From the NCBI GenBank assembly GCA_030833205.1, contig JAURHS010000003.1:2707-66706 (forward strand): 64,000 bases of DNA, given 5' to 3'. Below are positions 1 to 10,075 of this stretch, one piece after another. How positions within the stretch are numbered: position 1 is the first letter of the stretch; the number at the start of each line of letters is the position of its first letter. The DNA comes from Prosthecobacter sp. (GTDB lineage: Bacteria; Verrucomicrobiota; Verrucomicrobiia; Verrucomicrobiales; Verrucomicrobiaceae). A model generated the notes under the pieces. That model searched no databases, was not told the origin of the DNA, and worked only from the letters and a program-made list of their open reading frames with translations. A program made the position numbers and the translations under genes.

Positions 1-532
1 GCAAGGGGCCCATGGCCCTGGCCAGGTATTGGCCAAAGGCCAGACCGCGACAGTGCATCAGATCAGTGAAGCTGCGCGCAAACTCCGGATCGAGCATCGA
101 CTCATGCCAGTCCTTGGCGTTGGCCTTGGCCTGCCAACCCGCCGGCTTGCCGCTTTGCAGCACGGCAAGATGATTGGTCACCAGGGCACTGCCACGCAGC
201 GGCTCATAATAAGGCCCCAGAAACCATGGCGAGCCGCGGCAAAGAAACTCTCGCCCCGCCGGTGCCAATTCATCAGCACCATTCTCAGCGCGCCGCACAA
301 AACCACTGGCGCGGCAAAGCGTCAGCAGCACATCCACAGGCCGCTCCTGCCAGCCAAACTGCGCGCAAATCTGCGCCGCGCTCACCGCGCCTTTTTCACC
401 CATCCAGGAAAAAAAGTCGTGATGCAACAACACCGCAGCGATCAACTCCGCAGAGTACTGCCGATCGCGAAAGCGCAGGGCCTGCGCGGGATCAGCCTGC
501 GGCAGCAAGGTCAACTCAGGAGCAATGGACAT
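1..532 (-). CDS. O-methyltransferase family protein (N-terminal dimerisation domain; 3' part runs off the window)
   Basis: Not in the ORF track. Manual translation from ATG at 532 gives MSIAPELTLLPQADPAQALRFRDRQYSAELIAAVLLHHDFFSW...VDVLLTLCRASG...EFLCRGSPWFLGPY...FARSFTDLMHCRG, open to the edge and resembling Methyltransf_2 dimerisation regions. Confidence 0.7.
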   Translation of the reverse strand, partial: MSIAPELTLLPQADPAQALRFRDRQYSAELIAAVLLHHDFFSWMGEKGAVSAAQICAQFGWQERPVDVLLTLCRASGFVRRAENGADELAPAGREFLCRGSPWFLGPYYEPLRGSALVTNHLAVLQSGKPAGWQAKANAKDWHESMLDPEFARSFTDLMHCRGLAFGQYLARAMGPL

Positions 533-556
533 CGTGGTCTGGGGCGGCAACTGCAC

Positions 557-2101
557 TTAAGACAGGGCGCTGCGGCCCTTGGTTTCGGGGGCCAACCAGA
601 CCACCGCCATGCCCACCAGATACACCGCGCAAAGCACACAGTAGGCATCGGCAGCGCGGGCGTACATCGGGGTTTCCGGCGTGCCAAAGACCTTGACCAA
701 ATTGGCGATCTGCAAACCGCCCACCGCCGCAATGACGCGCCCCACATTGAAGCAGAAGCCCTGGCCGGTGGCGCGCACTGCCGTGGGAAACAACTCGGGC
801 AGGTACAAGGGGAAGAACCCGTAAAAGGTGGCCGTCAAACCGCCCATCAGGAAGGCGCCGATGTAGAAGGAGGTGTCAATGACACGGCAATATTGGTAAA
901 AGTAAACGGCCGAACTGCCGGCCAGCAGACAGCAGACCGCGTAGGTGGGGCGACGCCCAAACCAACTGCCTGCAAAGGGCGCGAGCAGGGTAAAGATCGT
1001 GGCGCCAATGGCCGTGGCAATCTGCACATACTCCTTGGGATGCGCGCTGGGATTGCCCGTGGCGGCGTTGAGATCAATCGCCCACTTCGGCGCCTGTTGC
1101 GTGGCGCCCCAGGTGCCCAGCAGCACAATGCCCGCCAGACTGGCTCCAAGCACCAGATGACGCATCACCATGCGGCGCTGCGGCTCGTCCATGGCTCCGG
1201 CCTCACCGGCGCGCAGCAAATAACGGCGCACCGGATAGACGAAGCCGCGAAACACCACCGCCAAGCCTGCAATTGTAATCACCGCCGCCAAGCCGGAGCC
1301 AATGCCCCACTGCGCGCCGATGGGCGACCAACTGATGATGATGGCCAGGGCGGCCAGCGAACCGATCAACACCCCGCGCAGATCGCCATGACTCCAGTAG
1401 GAGGTGCGGCCCTGCTGCTGCTCCTCCTCCCATTGATCGCTTTCCGGCACAAAGATGCGAATGCCAAAGATGAGCAGGGCCGGCAGCGCGCCGCTGATCA
1501 TCAGGAAGCGCCAGCCGCCATTGGCAAACAGGCTCTCGGCAGAAGCCGCGCTCAGCCCCATGGAAATGAAGGCGGCCTTGGCCTCGGTGATGAAGCCCAC
1601 CAACGACAAACTCAACAGTGCCACCAACAGATAGCCGATGTTGGCCGCCGCCCCGATCAAACCGGCGATCACCGCGCGATTGCCGCGCGCCCAGAGCTCA
1701 TGCACCAGAGCCACGCCCAAGGCCCATTCACCGCCCATGCCCAGTGAGGCCACAAAGCGCAGAAGGGCAATGTGCCATGCCTCCGTGGCAAAACCACACA
1801 AACCGGTAAAAACCGCGTAGGTGAAGATGGAAAGACTCATCGCCCGAACACGGCCAATCCGATCTCCCAGCCAACCAAACAGCACGCCGCCAGTGGCCGC
1901 GCCGACCAGGAAGGTGGCCAAAATGACATTGAACCAACTGCCCACCAGGGGGTCACTGGCCGGCACCTGGAGCAAATCCGCCAGGGCAGGACTGCCGATC
2001 AGGGGAAAGAGCCCCATTTCGAAGCCATCAAAAAGCCAGCCCAAAAACGCAGCCAGAAGCGCCGCAAAACGGCCATTGCCAGAAGAGGATGAGGAAGACA
2101 T
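557..2101 (-). CDS. MFS transporter
   Basis: Multiple TM helices with LGWLFDGFE, motif A GWLGDRIGR, GMGGEW and ELFPTAVRATG. Start moved to MSSSSSSG. Confidence 0.9.
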   Translation of the reverse strand: MSSSSSSGNGRFAALLAAFLGWLFDGFEMGLFPLIGSPALADLLQVPASDPLVGSWFNVILATFLVGAATGGVLFGWLGDRIGRVRAMSLSIFTYAVFTGLCGFATEAWHIALLRFVASLGMGGEWALGVALVHELWARGNRAVIAGLIGAAANIGYLLVALLSLSLVGFITEAKAAFISMGLSAASAESLFANGGWRFLMISGALPALLIFGIRIFVPESDQWEEEQQQGRTSYWSHGDLRGVLIGSLAALAIIISWSPIGAQWGIGSGLAAVITIAGLAVVFRGFVYPVRRYLLRAGEAGAMDEPQRRMVMRHLVLGASLAGIVLLGTWGATQQAPKWAIDLNAATGNPSAHPKEYVQIATAIGATIFTLLAPFAGSWFGRRPTYAVCCLLAGSSAVYFYQYCRVIDTSFYIGAFLMGGLTATFYGFFPLYLPELFPTAVRATGQGFCFNVGRVIAAVGGLQIANLVKVFGTPETPMYARAADAYCVLCAVYLVGMAVVWLAPETKGRSALS

Positions 2102-2181
2102 GGGGAAGTGGCGAGCAAAGCGCCCTTTCTCAACGCTGCCAAGCCCGCATTTCCATCGCCGCAGGCCGCAGGGCAGCGGTC

Positions 2182-2907
2182 CTAGGCCTGCCAGACGCCT
2201 TGCTCGATCAACTGGCGCGTCGCCGCCTCGGCCCAACCGCGATTGGCGGCCGGACTGGCCGGACTGGGGTGCAGCACCTTGCCCAACTGAAAATTGCCCT
2301 TCATCGCTGCTGCCACGCGCTTGGAGCAGGCCTGCGCAAAGCCCCCCACTCCAATGACCCAGCGCGGCTCAAGAATCTCGAGCACAGCCTGCAGATGCGC
2401 ATCGCAGGGGCCTTCGAGCTGAGCGGCCATGGCCGCCGGCAATTGATCCGGTGTCACATTGCGCCCGGACTCCTCCATGAACACCAGGGGGCAGTAATTG
2501 GCCACAAAGTGCCCGCTGAAAAAGGCGGCAGCAGTTCCAAAGCGCTGCGCAAACAAGCCCCACAACCGACGGCCGCTGACCTCGGACTGTGCGCAGCCAA
2601 AGCCCTCGATGCGGCGCTTGGGATGCTCGCGCGGCGGCCTGCCTATGGGGGCCTCAATGCCGATCCAATCGCGCACCGCCGCCACTTCACCAAAGGGCAC
2701 GCCGGTTTGTGCCATGCCGAAGGGCCCGGGATTCATGCCCAGGAACACCACGCCGCCACGACTCTGACCGCAGCGCTTCAGGTAGGCCTCATGCGCGGCC
2801 CAGGCATAATCCAGAGGCTGATACACCCAGGCCACTGGCGGGCCAAACTTGAGGCCCGCAAGCGCATCGCGCAGTTGCAGGGCAGCCTTGGCAAGGGAGC
2901 GGGCCAT
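2182..2907 (-). CDS. SMUG1-like (family 3) uracil-DNA glycosylase
   Basis: Signature motifs GMNPGPFGMAQTGVPFG, SEVSGRRLW, NYCPL and HPSP. Confidence 0.9.
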   Translation of the reverse strand: MARSLAKAALQLRDALAGLKFGPPVAWVYQPLDYAWAAHEAYLKRCGQSRGGVVFLGMNPGPFGMAQTGVPFGEVAAVRDWIGIEAPIGRPPREHPKRRIEGFGCAQSEVSGRRLWGLFAQRFGTAAAFFSGHFVANYCPLVFMEESGRNVTPDQLPAAMAAQLEGPCDAHLQAVLEILEPRWVIGVGGFAQACSKRVAAAMKGNFQLGKVLHPSPASPAANRGWAEAATRQLIEQGVWQA

Positions 2908-2912
2908 GGGAC

Positions 2913-4916
2913 TCAAGAGTGAATCTTCACCGGACACTCCGGCAATGAGGCCATGAAGGCGCGGCCATAGGGCTTGGTCAAAATGCGCGGATCCAGAATG
3001 GCCACCATGCCCTCATCGCTGCGGGTGCGGATCAGGCGCCCGACGCCCTGACGCAGCTTGAGGATGGCCTCAGGCACACTGTACTCGCTGAAACTGTTGC
3101 GGCCCTGCTCCTGCAAATGCTCAAGGCGCGAGGCGATCAGCGGGTGATCGGGCACGGCAAAGGGCAGGCGGGTGATGATCACATTGCTCAGCGACTCACC
3201 GGGCACATCCACCCCGGTCCAAAAACTATCCGTGCCAAAGAGCACGCTGTGCCGATCCTCCTTGAACTGATGGAGCATCTGCGTGCGCGACAAGCCTCTG
3301 CCCTGCACCAGCAAGGCCCAGCCCTGCTTGGCGCAAAACGGTTCAATGGCATCGGCAAGCTGAGTCAGCAGGGAGTAGTTGGTGAACAACACAAAGGCCC
3401 GACCGCAGGACATCTCCAGGAATTGCTCCACGCGCTCTTGCATGGCCTCGGCATAACCCGGCTCACGCGGCTCCGGCATGCGGCGCACCAGATGCAGCTT
3501 CATTTGGCGCCGGAAATCAAAGGGGCTCTCGATTTGCGCGCCCTCGGCCTTCTGCGCGCCCACCCGTCCGCGAAAATACCCCAGACCCTCATCGTCGCCC
3601 ACGCCCAGGGTGGCGCTGGTCATCACGCAGGCCTTGCCGCCGCAGAAAAAGATTTCCTGCAGCTTGGGGGCCACATCCACCGGCGCGCTGTGCAGACTGA
3701 GTTGCTTCTGCTCGCCACCGCTGCGCTCAGCCCAATACACATGGCCGTCCTCCTGCTGATCGAGGAAGTGATTGAGCGCCACGCGCGCGGCGCTCAGGCG
3801 CTTGGCCACATCGAGCAACTCCAGGCGCTGCCCCTCGCTGCGCGCGGCATCGCCCAGACGCTGGGCGCACTGCGCCACACGCTGCAGCGGCAGACTCAGG
3901 GCATTGTCGATGTCAGGCGGCTCGCGGAAGCGAAACTCCCTGGCCTGCGCCGCAGAAAAGCGGCAGCGCTCCTGCAGATCCGAGAAGAAATTCTCAATGC
4001 TGGTGATGGCCTGCGTCACCTCGCCCACAGCCTGACCATCGCCCGCAGCCTGAAAGAAACCCTTGCGGGTGCGAGGGTTGTAGAGCCGGCCCAACTCAAA
4101 GCGCAGACCAGATTCACTGACATGGGTGCCAAAGGCGTGCGCGGCAATGTTCTCAATGGTGTGCGCCTCATCGAGCACCACAAAATCCTGCGGGAAGATG
4201 AAGTTGGCGTCCTCAGCGAGCAATTCCTCCGATGAGGAAAGCAGGGTGAAAAACAGCGTGTGATTGAGCACCAGCACCTGCGCCGCCGCCATGCGCCGCC
4301 GCACCTCCTGATAGACACAACCGCTGCCCGGCGGACAACGCCTTGGCGTGCAGGCATGCGGCTCACTGCGCACCATCGACCAGAGCCTGGCGCCCACCTG
4401 AAAGTTCATCTCACTGAGACTGCCCTGCGGATTCTCGCGCTGCCAGTCCATGAGCAGGGCCAGGTCCGAGGCCTCGCCGCTGCTGAACAAATCACCGCCC
4501 TGGGCATACACGGATTTCAACCGCGTCGGGCAGAGGTAGTTGTTGCGGCCCTTGAGCAACTCCGCATGGAAGGGACCGGTCAGCTGCCGCACAATCGGCA
4601 GGTCCTTGTGCATGAGCTGCTCCTGCAGCGCGATGGTGTGCGTGCTGATGATGGCCTTGCGCTCCCGCTCCAGGGCGAAAGTGACCGAGGGCAACAGGTA
4701 AGCCAGGGACTTGCCCACGCCGGTGGCCGCCTCGCAGACCAGGGCTCGGTTGCCCTCCAGCGCCTGCGCCACCAACTGCGCCATGCGCTGCTGCTGCGGC
4801 CGGTACTCGAACTGCGGCGAGGCGGCCAGCCTGCCCTCGCAGGAGAACGCCTCATGCATGCGCTGCGCCAGCGGGGGTCCCCCGCTGCCGTGACTGCCGT
4901 CCATCACACTGATCAT
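2913..4916 (-). CDS. DinG/YoaA-family ATP-dependent DNA helicase
   Basis: Q motif RPQQ, Walker A EAATGVGKS, KGRNNYLC, Fe-S Cys residues, DEAH, TSATL and QGVGRLIR. Confidence 0.92.
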   Translation of the reverse strand: MISVMDGSHGSGGPPLAQRMHEAFSCEGRLAASPQFEYRPQQQRMAQLVAQALEGNRALVCEAATGVGKSLAYLLPSVTFALERERKAIISTHTIALQEQLMHKDLPIVRQLTGPFHAELLKGRNNYLCPTRLKSVYAQGGDLFSSGEASDLALLMDWQRENPQGSLSEMNFQVGARLWSMVRSEPHACTPRRCPPGSGCVYQEVRRRMAAAQVLVLNHTLFFTLLSSSEELLAEDANFIFPQDFVVLDEAHTIENIAAHAFGTHVSESGLRFELGRLYNPRTRKGFFQAAGDGQAVGEVTQAITSIENFFSDLQERCRFSAAQAREFRFREPPDIDNALSLPLQRVAQCAQRLGDAARSEGQRLELLDVAKRLSAARVALNHFLDQQEDGHVYWAERSGGEQKQLSLHSAPVDVAPKLQEIFFCGGKACVMTSATLGVGDDEGLGYFRGRVGAQKAEGAQIESPFDFRRQMKLHLVRRMPEPREPGYAEAMQERVEQFLEMSCGRAFVLFTNYSLLTQLADAIEPFCAKQGWALLVQGRGLSRTQMLHQFKEDRHSVLFGTDSFWTGVDVPGESLSNVIITRLPFAVPDHPLIASRLEHLQEQGRNSFSEYSVPEAILKLRQGVGRLIRTRSDEGMVAILDPRILTKPYGRAFMASLPECPVKIHS

Positions 4917-5021
4917 TGCGCCCGCCCATCATGGGCCGCGACGAGTCTGGGGCAAGTCGCAGATTGAGTGAGGGCAACCAAGCCCTCACCGTTCTGCGGC
5001 AACCCCAACTCAGGGACAACC

Positions 5022-6464
5022 TTACTCAATGACCTCAGGCCACTGGGTGTGGAAGAATTCGCCTTCGGGCTTGTCGGTGCGCTCGTAGGTGTGGGCGCCG
5101 AAGAAATCGCGCTGGGCCTGCAGCAAATTGGCAGGCAGGCGCTCGCTGCGGTAACTGTCGTAATAGCCCAGGGAGGCACTGAAGGCGGGCACGGCAATGC
5201 CCTGCAGCATGGCCGTGGAAACCAACTCGCGCCAGTTTTGCTGGGCGCCGTTGAGCACGCCTTTGAAGAAGGGATCGAGCATCAGATTGGCCAACTGCGG
5301 GTTGTTGCGGTAGGCCTCGGTGATGCGATTGAGGAAGCGGGCGCGAATGATGCAGCCCCCGCGCCAAATGGCGGCGATGCGGCCCAGGTCCAAGCCCCAG
5401 TTTTTCTTCTCGCCCATGGTCTTGATGAGATCCAGACCCTGCGCGTAGCTGACGATCTTGGATGCATAGAGCGCGTCGTGCACCTTTTGCACCAACTCGG
5501 CCTTGGGCAGGCTCAGTTGGGCCTTGGGCCCCTGCAATTGCGTGCTTGCCGCCACGCGCTGCTTCTTCTGGCTGGAGAGAATGCGTGCCTCAACGGCAGC
5601 GTTGATGGTGCTGATGACCACCGCATTTTCCGCCGCATTGAGCAGGGTCCACTGGCCCGTGCCCTTTTGCCCGGCCTTGTCCATGATCAGCTCGACCACA
5701 GGCTTGCCGGTTTCCGGGTCGCGCTGCTCCAGGGCCTTGCCGGAGATTTGGATCAGGTAGCTTTGCAGGTCGCCCTGGTTCCACTCGTTGAAGACGGCGG
5801 CCATTTCATCCGTGCTCAGGCCCGCGGCCTTGAAGATGCTGTAGGCCTCGCAGATCAACTGCATGTCGCCGTACTCAATGCCGTTGTGAATCATCTTCAC
5901 ATAGTGGCCGGCGCCGCCTGGGCCAATGTGAATCACGCAAGGCTCGCCATCAACCTTGGCGGCGATGGATTCAAAGATGGGCTTCATCACCTCCCAGGTG
6001 CTTGGCGGTCCGCCGGGCATGATGCTGGGGCCCTTGCGCGCGCCTTCCTCACCGCCGCTGACGCCGGCGCCGATGAAGCGCAGGCCCTTGGCCGCCAGAT
6101 AAGCGTCGCGGCGCTCAGTGGTCTGATAAAAGCTGTTGCCGCCGTCAATGATGATGTCGCCCTCCTCGAGCAGGGGGATCAATTGCTCAATCACCGCATC
6201 CACCGCATCGCGCTCATGATCGCGCACTGCCGTGGACTTCACCATGATCTGGATCTTGCGCGGCCGCGACAGGGACTGCACAAACTCCTCGAGGGTCTTG
6301 GCGCCCACCAGCTTCTTGCCGGGATGCTTGGCGATGAACTCCTCCGTCACGCTCACCGTGCGGTTGAAGACGCTGACCTGAAAGCCGCGGCTCTCCACAT
6401 TCAACACCAGATTCTGGCCCATCACCGCCAGACCGATCAGTCCAAAGTCACTTTTGTTGCTCAT
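5022..6464 (-). CDS. gnd: 6-phosphogluconate dehydrogenase (NADP+, decarboxylating)
   Basis: GLAVMGQNL, DGGNS, GVSGGEEGA, VKMIHNGIEYGDMQ and QAQRDFFGAHTYER. Confidence 0.97.
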   Translation of the reverse strand: MSNKSDFGLIGLAVMGQNLVLNVESRGFQVSVFNRTVSVTEEFIAKHPGKKLVGAKTLEEFVQSLSRPRKIQIMVKSTAVRDHERDAVDAVIEQLIPLLEEGDIIIDGGNSFYQTTERRDAYLAAKGLRFIGAGVSGGEEGARKGPSIMPGGPPSTWEVMKPIFESIAAKVDGEPCVIHIGPGGAGHYVKMIHNGIEYGDMQLICEAYSIFKAAGLSTDEMAAVFNEWNQGDLQSYLIQISGKALEQRDPETGKPVVELIMDKAGQKGTGQWTLLNAAENAVVISTINAAVEARILSSQKKQRVAASTQLQGPKAQLSLPKAELVQKVHDALYASKIVSYAQGLDLIKTMGEKKNWGLDLGRIAAIWRGGCIIRARFLNRITEAYRNNPQLANLMLDPFFKGVLNGAQQNWRELVSTAMLQGIAVPAFSASLGYYDSYRSERLPANLLQAQRDFFGAHTYERTDKPEGEFFHTQWPEVIE

Positions 6465-6598
6465 AGGTTAAACCAGCCGCATGGGGCGGGCCTTTTGCCA
6501 TACCCCCCTTGCGGCGCTTGGCAACGGGGATTTTCCCCCTTTTCCGTGCTGGCGCCCAAGCGGCGGGGCGCTAAACTCCCCCTCACCCACTGCCCTGC

Positions 6599-7684
6599 AT
6601 GGCCTCGCCCTCCCTGACCTCTGGATGGAGCAGCCCGCGCGCCGCCTACCGCGCCCGGGAGGACGGCAGTTTGAAATGGTGGATCGCCTTTGCCTTTGTC
6701 CTGTCCATTCTCTTCCACGCCCTGCTCTACCTGAGCTTTGACGAGCTAAGCCTGGCCTTGCGCATGCCCGCCCGGCTGCCGCCGGCAAAACCCGCAACCG
6801 CAGAACGCCTCAAGATTGATCCCCGCCTGCTGCAGGAGCAAAAGGTTCTCCAGAACCTGCCGGATCAAATCGCCCCTGCGGGACGCGATCAGGACCTCAA
6901 GGCCTTCCAGGCAGAACTCGATGCTTTCGACAAGGCCCAGGCCGTCCCAGAAAATCAGGAGATGGATCTGACTCCCAAGGCCCGCGAGATCACGCATTTC
7001 ATGCGAGGAGATCCCGGCAGCGGGCAGGGCGCTCTCAAGCAGGACATGGCTGCCCTGCTCGCCCCCAAGCCCGTGGCCGCCGCCGCTCCACAGCTCGCCG
7101 AGGCCATGGCACAGGTACGCTCCCAAGCCTTGGCCAAACCCACATCGCCCAACCAATTGCTGCTCGATGCGGCCGCCCTGCCCACGCCACAAGCCGCCGC
7201 CATTGATCTGGACCTCGCCGGGGAAGCCGGCAAGGCCGAGACCAGCGCTGCCAACGCGCAGGTCAAGGGCTTCAGCAATCTTGACCAACTCCTTGGCGGC
7301 GGCGGCACTCTTGGGGCAAGCACCGCACCGATCCTCATGCCCACGGACCTGCTGTTTGCCTATGGCAGTGATGAGCTGGCTGAAAACGCCCGTTTGAGCC
7401 TCATGAAGCTCGGCTTCCTGATTCAAAAGAATCCCCAGAGCCTCTTCATCATCGAAGGCCACACCGACAGCTTCGGCAACGAGGAATACAACGACAAACT
7501 CTCGCGTCGCCGCGCGCAGGCCGTGGTGGACTGGCTGGTGCGCTCCCTGCGCCTGGACACCGCGCGCATTCGCGCCGTGGGCATGGGCAAGCGCCACCCG
7601 CTGGTCAGCACCGAGGGCACCCAGGAAGAGCAGGGCCTCAACCGCCGCGTGGAGATCAAGGTACGCCCCCTGAAAAAGTCATGA
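6599..7684 (+). CDS. Membrane-anchored OmpA-like peptidoglycan-binding domain protein
   Basis: N-terminal TM helix and C-terminal OmpA_C motifs IEGHTDSFG, LSRRRAQAV and NRRVEI. Confidence 0.88.
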   Translation: MASPSLTSGWSSPRAAYRAREDGSLKWWIAFAFVLSILFHALLYLSFDELSLALRMPARLPPAKPATAERLKIDPRLLQEQKVLQNLPDQIAPAGRDQDLKAFQAELDAFDKAQAVPENQEMDLTPKAREITHFMRGDPGSGQGALKQDMAALLAPKPVAAAAPQLAEAMAQVRSQALAKPTSPNQLLLDAAALPTPQAAAIDLDLAGEAGKAETSAANAQVKGFSNLDQLLGGGGTLGASTAPILMPTDLLFAYGSDELAENARLSLMKLGFLIQKNPQSLFIIEGHTDSFGNEEYNDKLSRRRAQAVVDWLVRSLRLDTARIRAVGMGKRHPLVSTEGTQEEQGLNRRVEIKVRPLKKS

Positions 7685-8358
7685 AAACCCTGCTGGCCAT
7701 CGGCGCCCACTACGACGACGCCCCCTATGGCCTGGGCGGACTGCTGCTGCAGGCCATCGAGCAACACCACCGCGTCGTGGTGCTCAACCTCATCGGCGAC
7801 TACAGCAACTGGCCGCCAGTCAAGGGCCGCCATCAACAACTCGTGGAGTTCAGCATTGAGCAGGCCCGCCAGCGCGGCATTGACATGCGGTTCCTCAACC
7901 ACGCCTCTGGCCAATTCATTGACAGCATCGCCAACCGCCGACAGGTCGCTGAAGTCGTCGCCGAGGTCAAACCCGACACCGCCTTCCTGCTTTGGCCTCG
8001 CGATCGTCACCCCGACCACGAAGCGGCCAGCGCCATTGCCAATGCTGCCCTGCATGGCCCCGGGCGCCTGATTGGCCGCGAGGCCACAAGCCCGCGCGAG
8101 ATTTACTGGTACGACAACGGCCCAGGCCACACCATTGACTTCACGCCGGACACCTACTTTGATGTCAGCGCTCAGTGGCCCGCTGCGCAGGACTGGCTGG
8201 CCCAACTCATGGCCTTTGTGCGCAACCGCCCCCTCGACCCCCAAAAGGACAGCGCCGTCGAGGGCCAGAACCTCCTCGCACGCTACCGCGGACAAGCCTG
8301 CGGCGTGCGCCACGCCGAAGCCTTGCGCGCCGTGCGCCCCGTGGCCCGCAGCCTTTAG
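7681..8358 (+). CDS. PIG-L family deacetylase
   Basis: AHYDD and HPDH metal motifs. ATGA overlap with the upstream gene. Confidence 0.85.
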   Translation: MKTLLAIGAHYDDAPYGLGGLLLQAIEQHHRVVVLNLIGDYSNWPPVKGRHQQLVEFSIEQARQRGIDMRFLNHASGQFIDSIANRRQVAEVVAEVKPDTAFLLWPRDRHPDHEAASAIANAALHGPGRLIGREATSPREIYWYDNGPGHTIDFTPDTYFDVSAQWPAAQDWLAQLMAFVRNRPLDPQKDSAVEGQNLLARYRGQACGVRHAEALRAVRPVARSL

Positions 8359-8458
8359 GGACAAGGCCCGCCGCCCACGCAGCCTGCCCCACTCCGCCTG
8401 CCAAAGCCCCTTGCATGAGGGCGAATCTGTGGCATGGGTGAAAGTTCGCAGCCAACAC

Positions 8459-8532
8459 TACCCCTTGGTGTAATGGTAACATAACAGATTCTGACTCTGT
8501 TGTTCTAGGTTCGAGTCCTAGAGGGGTAGCCA
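8459..8532 (+). tRNA. tRNA-Gln(CTG)
   Basis: Acceptor stem TACCCCT/AGGGGTA, anticodon arm ACAGA-TTCTGAC-TCTGT, GGTTCGAGTCC T-arm and encoded CCA. Confidence 0.96.
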
Positions 8533-8533
8533 T

Positions 8534-8554
8534 CCAAGCGGCAACGCCGCTTGG
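8534..8554. terminator. Hairpin between convergent tRNA-Gln and Nudix gene
   Basis: CCAAGCGGC-AAC-GCCGCTTGG perfect inverted repeat with no U-tract. Confidence 0.45.
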
Positions 8555-8604
8555 CTCAATGCGGCCGACGCAGCCCTCCCGGTGACGGGGTCCAAAGCCC
8601 GCAA

Positions 8605-9096
8605 TCAGTCCCCAGCAGCCGGCGGCAGCTCAAGGCCCATGAAATCGCGGAACACCTGCAGGTACACGGCACGCTTGAACCGCGGCACCCAATCCAAGCG
8701 AAACTGCGCCGGCTCGATCCAGCGCCAACGCGCAAACTCGCGGTGCTCGGTGTTGAGATCGATATCGCTGTCCTGACCGAGAAAACGGCAGCGGAAGTAG
8801 GTCTGATCCTGCCCGCCATAGATGCCATGCTTGAGCCGATTCTTGGGGAAGGCATACCGATACCCACCACGGCTCTCCTGCACCTCCACCGCCTGCGGCA
8901 GCAGACCGATCTCCTCGCGCAATTCTCGCAGCAGGGCCACCTGCAATTCCTCGCCCGGGTCCACGCCGCCCTGCGGGAACTGCCAGGCCTCGCGCACATG
9001 CACCCGTTCGGCAATGAACAACTCGCCGCGCGCATTGAAGATCAACGCCGCCACATTGGGCCGAAACAGCACGGGGGCAGGGCGCAGAAAATCCAT
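8605..9096 (-). CDS. rppH: Nudix hydrolase, RppH-like RNA pyrophosphohydrolase
   Basis: FRPNVA, WQFPQGG..GE....A.LRELREEIG Nudix box, GQDQTYF, EFARWRW and FKRAVY. Confidence 0.8.
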   Translation of the reverse strand: MDFLRPAPVLFRPNVAALIFNARGELFIAERVHVREAWQFPQGGVDPGEELQVALLRELREEIGLLPQAVEVQESRGGYRYAFPKNRLKHGIYGGQDQTYFRCRFLGQDSDIDLNTEHREFARWRWIEPAQFRLDWVPRFKRAVYLQVFRDFMGLELPPAAGD

Positions 9097-9178
9097 TGCA
9101 GGCAAGCGATGTAACCCCGCAGCAGGCGCTGGCAACCTTCTTTTTCTCAGGCGCCCAACCCGGCAACATCCCAAGGCC

Positions 9179-9826
9179 TCAAGTCTTTGGCCTGACCTGC
9201 AGCCCGCGGATCCGGCCCTGCGTTCCCCAAGTCGCAAAACCCATCGGCAGGCAATGGTCCACATCGCCGGGTCGCAGCCCAATCTGGCGCCCCTTGATGG
9301 AGACATTGGCCACCAACTTTTCATCCACCCAGGCCTTGAGTTCCTCTGCCCCGATCTCCAGCCGCACCTTGTACCAGCGCCCATTGGCAAACCGCTGCTC
9401 GGCCCGGGTGCTGTTTTCACTCGCATCGCGGAAATCAATGCTGGAAAAGCCCGTGAGCACTCCCCCCCAGCCGCCGATCACAAAGGTCATGTGCGCCTCT
9501 CGCTTGGGCACCGGAAAGGTGCACATCCCAAAGATATCCTCGCCCTTTTCGCGCAGAGCCTCATAGCGCAACTCGTAAGCACCGCTGATGCCCAATTGCG
9601 ACCAACCCAAAAACTTGCAGCCCGTCATTGGCGCACCAATGCCCAGCACCAGCTCGGCTTCGCGCACCTGAAAGTCGCCCTCTTCGACAATGCCCGCAGC
9701 CTGCCACTGCTCGAGGCGCTGCGGCCCAAGCAAATCCACCCAGGCCGCCTCGGATGGCGCAGCCTTGCGCCCGCAAGCCGTCAGGCCAAGGACCAAGACC
9801 CATCCCAACATCAAGAGGCAGCGCAT
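9179..9826 (-). CDS. DUF1080-like (3-keto-disaccharide hydrolase family) lipoprotein
   Basis: Lipobox LTAC, beta-rich domain with GGWGG, WYKVRL and LKAWVD. Confidence 0.65.
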   Translation of the reverse strand: MRCLLMLGWVLVLGLTACGRKAAPSEAAWVDLLGPQRLEQWQAAGIVEEGDFQVREAELVLGIGAPMTGCKFLGWSQLGISGAYELRYEALREKGEDIFGMCTFPVPKREAHMTFVIGGWGGVLTGFSSIDFRDASENSTRAEQRFANGRWYKVRLEIGAEELKAWVDEKLVANVSIKGRQIGLRPGDVDHCLPMGFATWGTQGRIRGLQVRPKT

Positions 9827-10075
9827 GCCCGAGCATCCACGCCTGCCGCGGCGAGGCAAGACCACAAACACGCGAAACACCGCGGATCATGCCCCGACCA
9901 GTGGCCTTACCTGCCCCCAGATCCGGCAGGCGCGCAGAAGCTCAACGCCACAGCGCCTGGGGGAAATGGTCTAACCTTTTCAACTGAAAAATGACAAAAA
10001 ATAAGCGTTTGGGTTACAACTTTGCATTTACAAGGGTGTTTTTCAGGATTTAGGGTAACCAAATTGCCATTTTTT

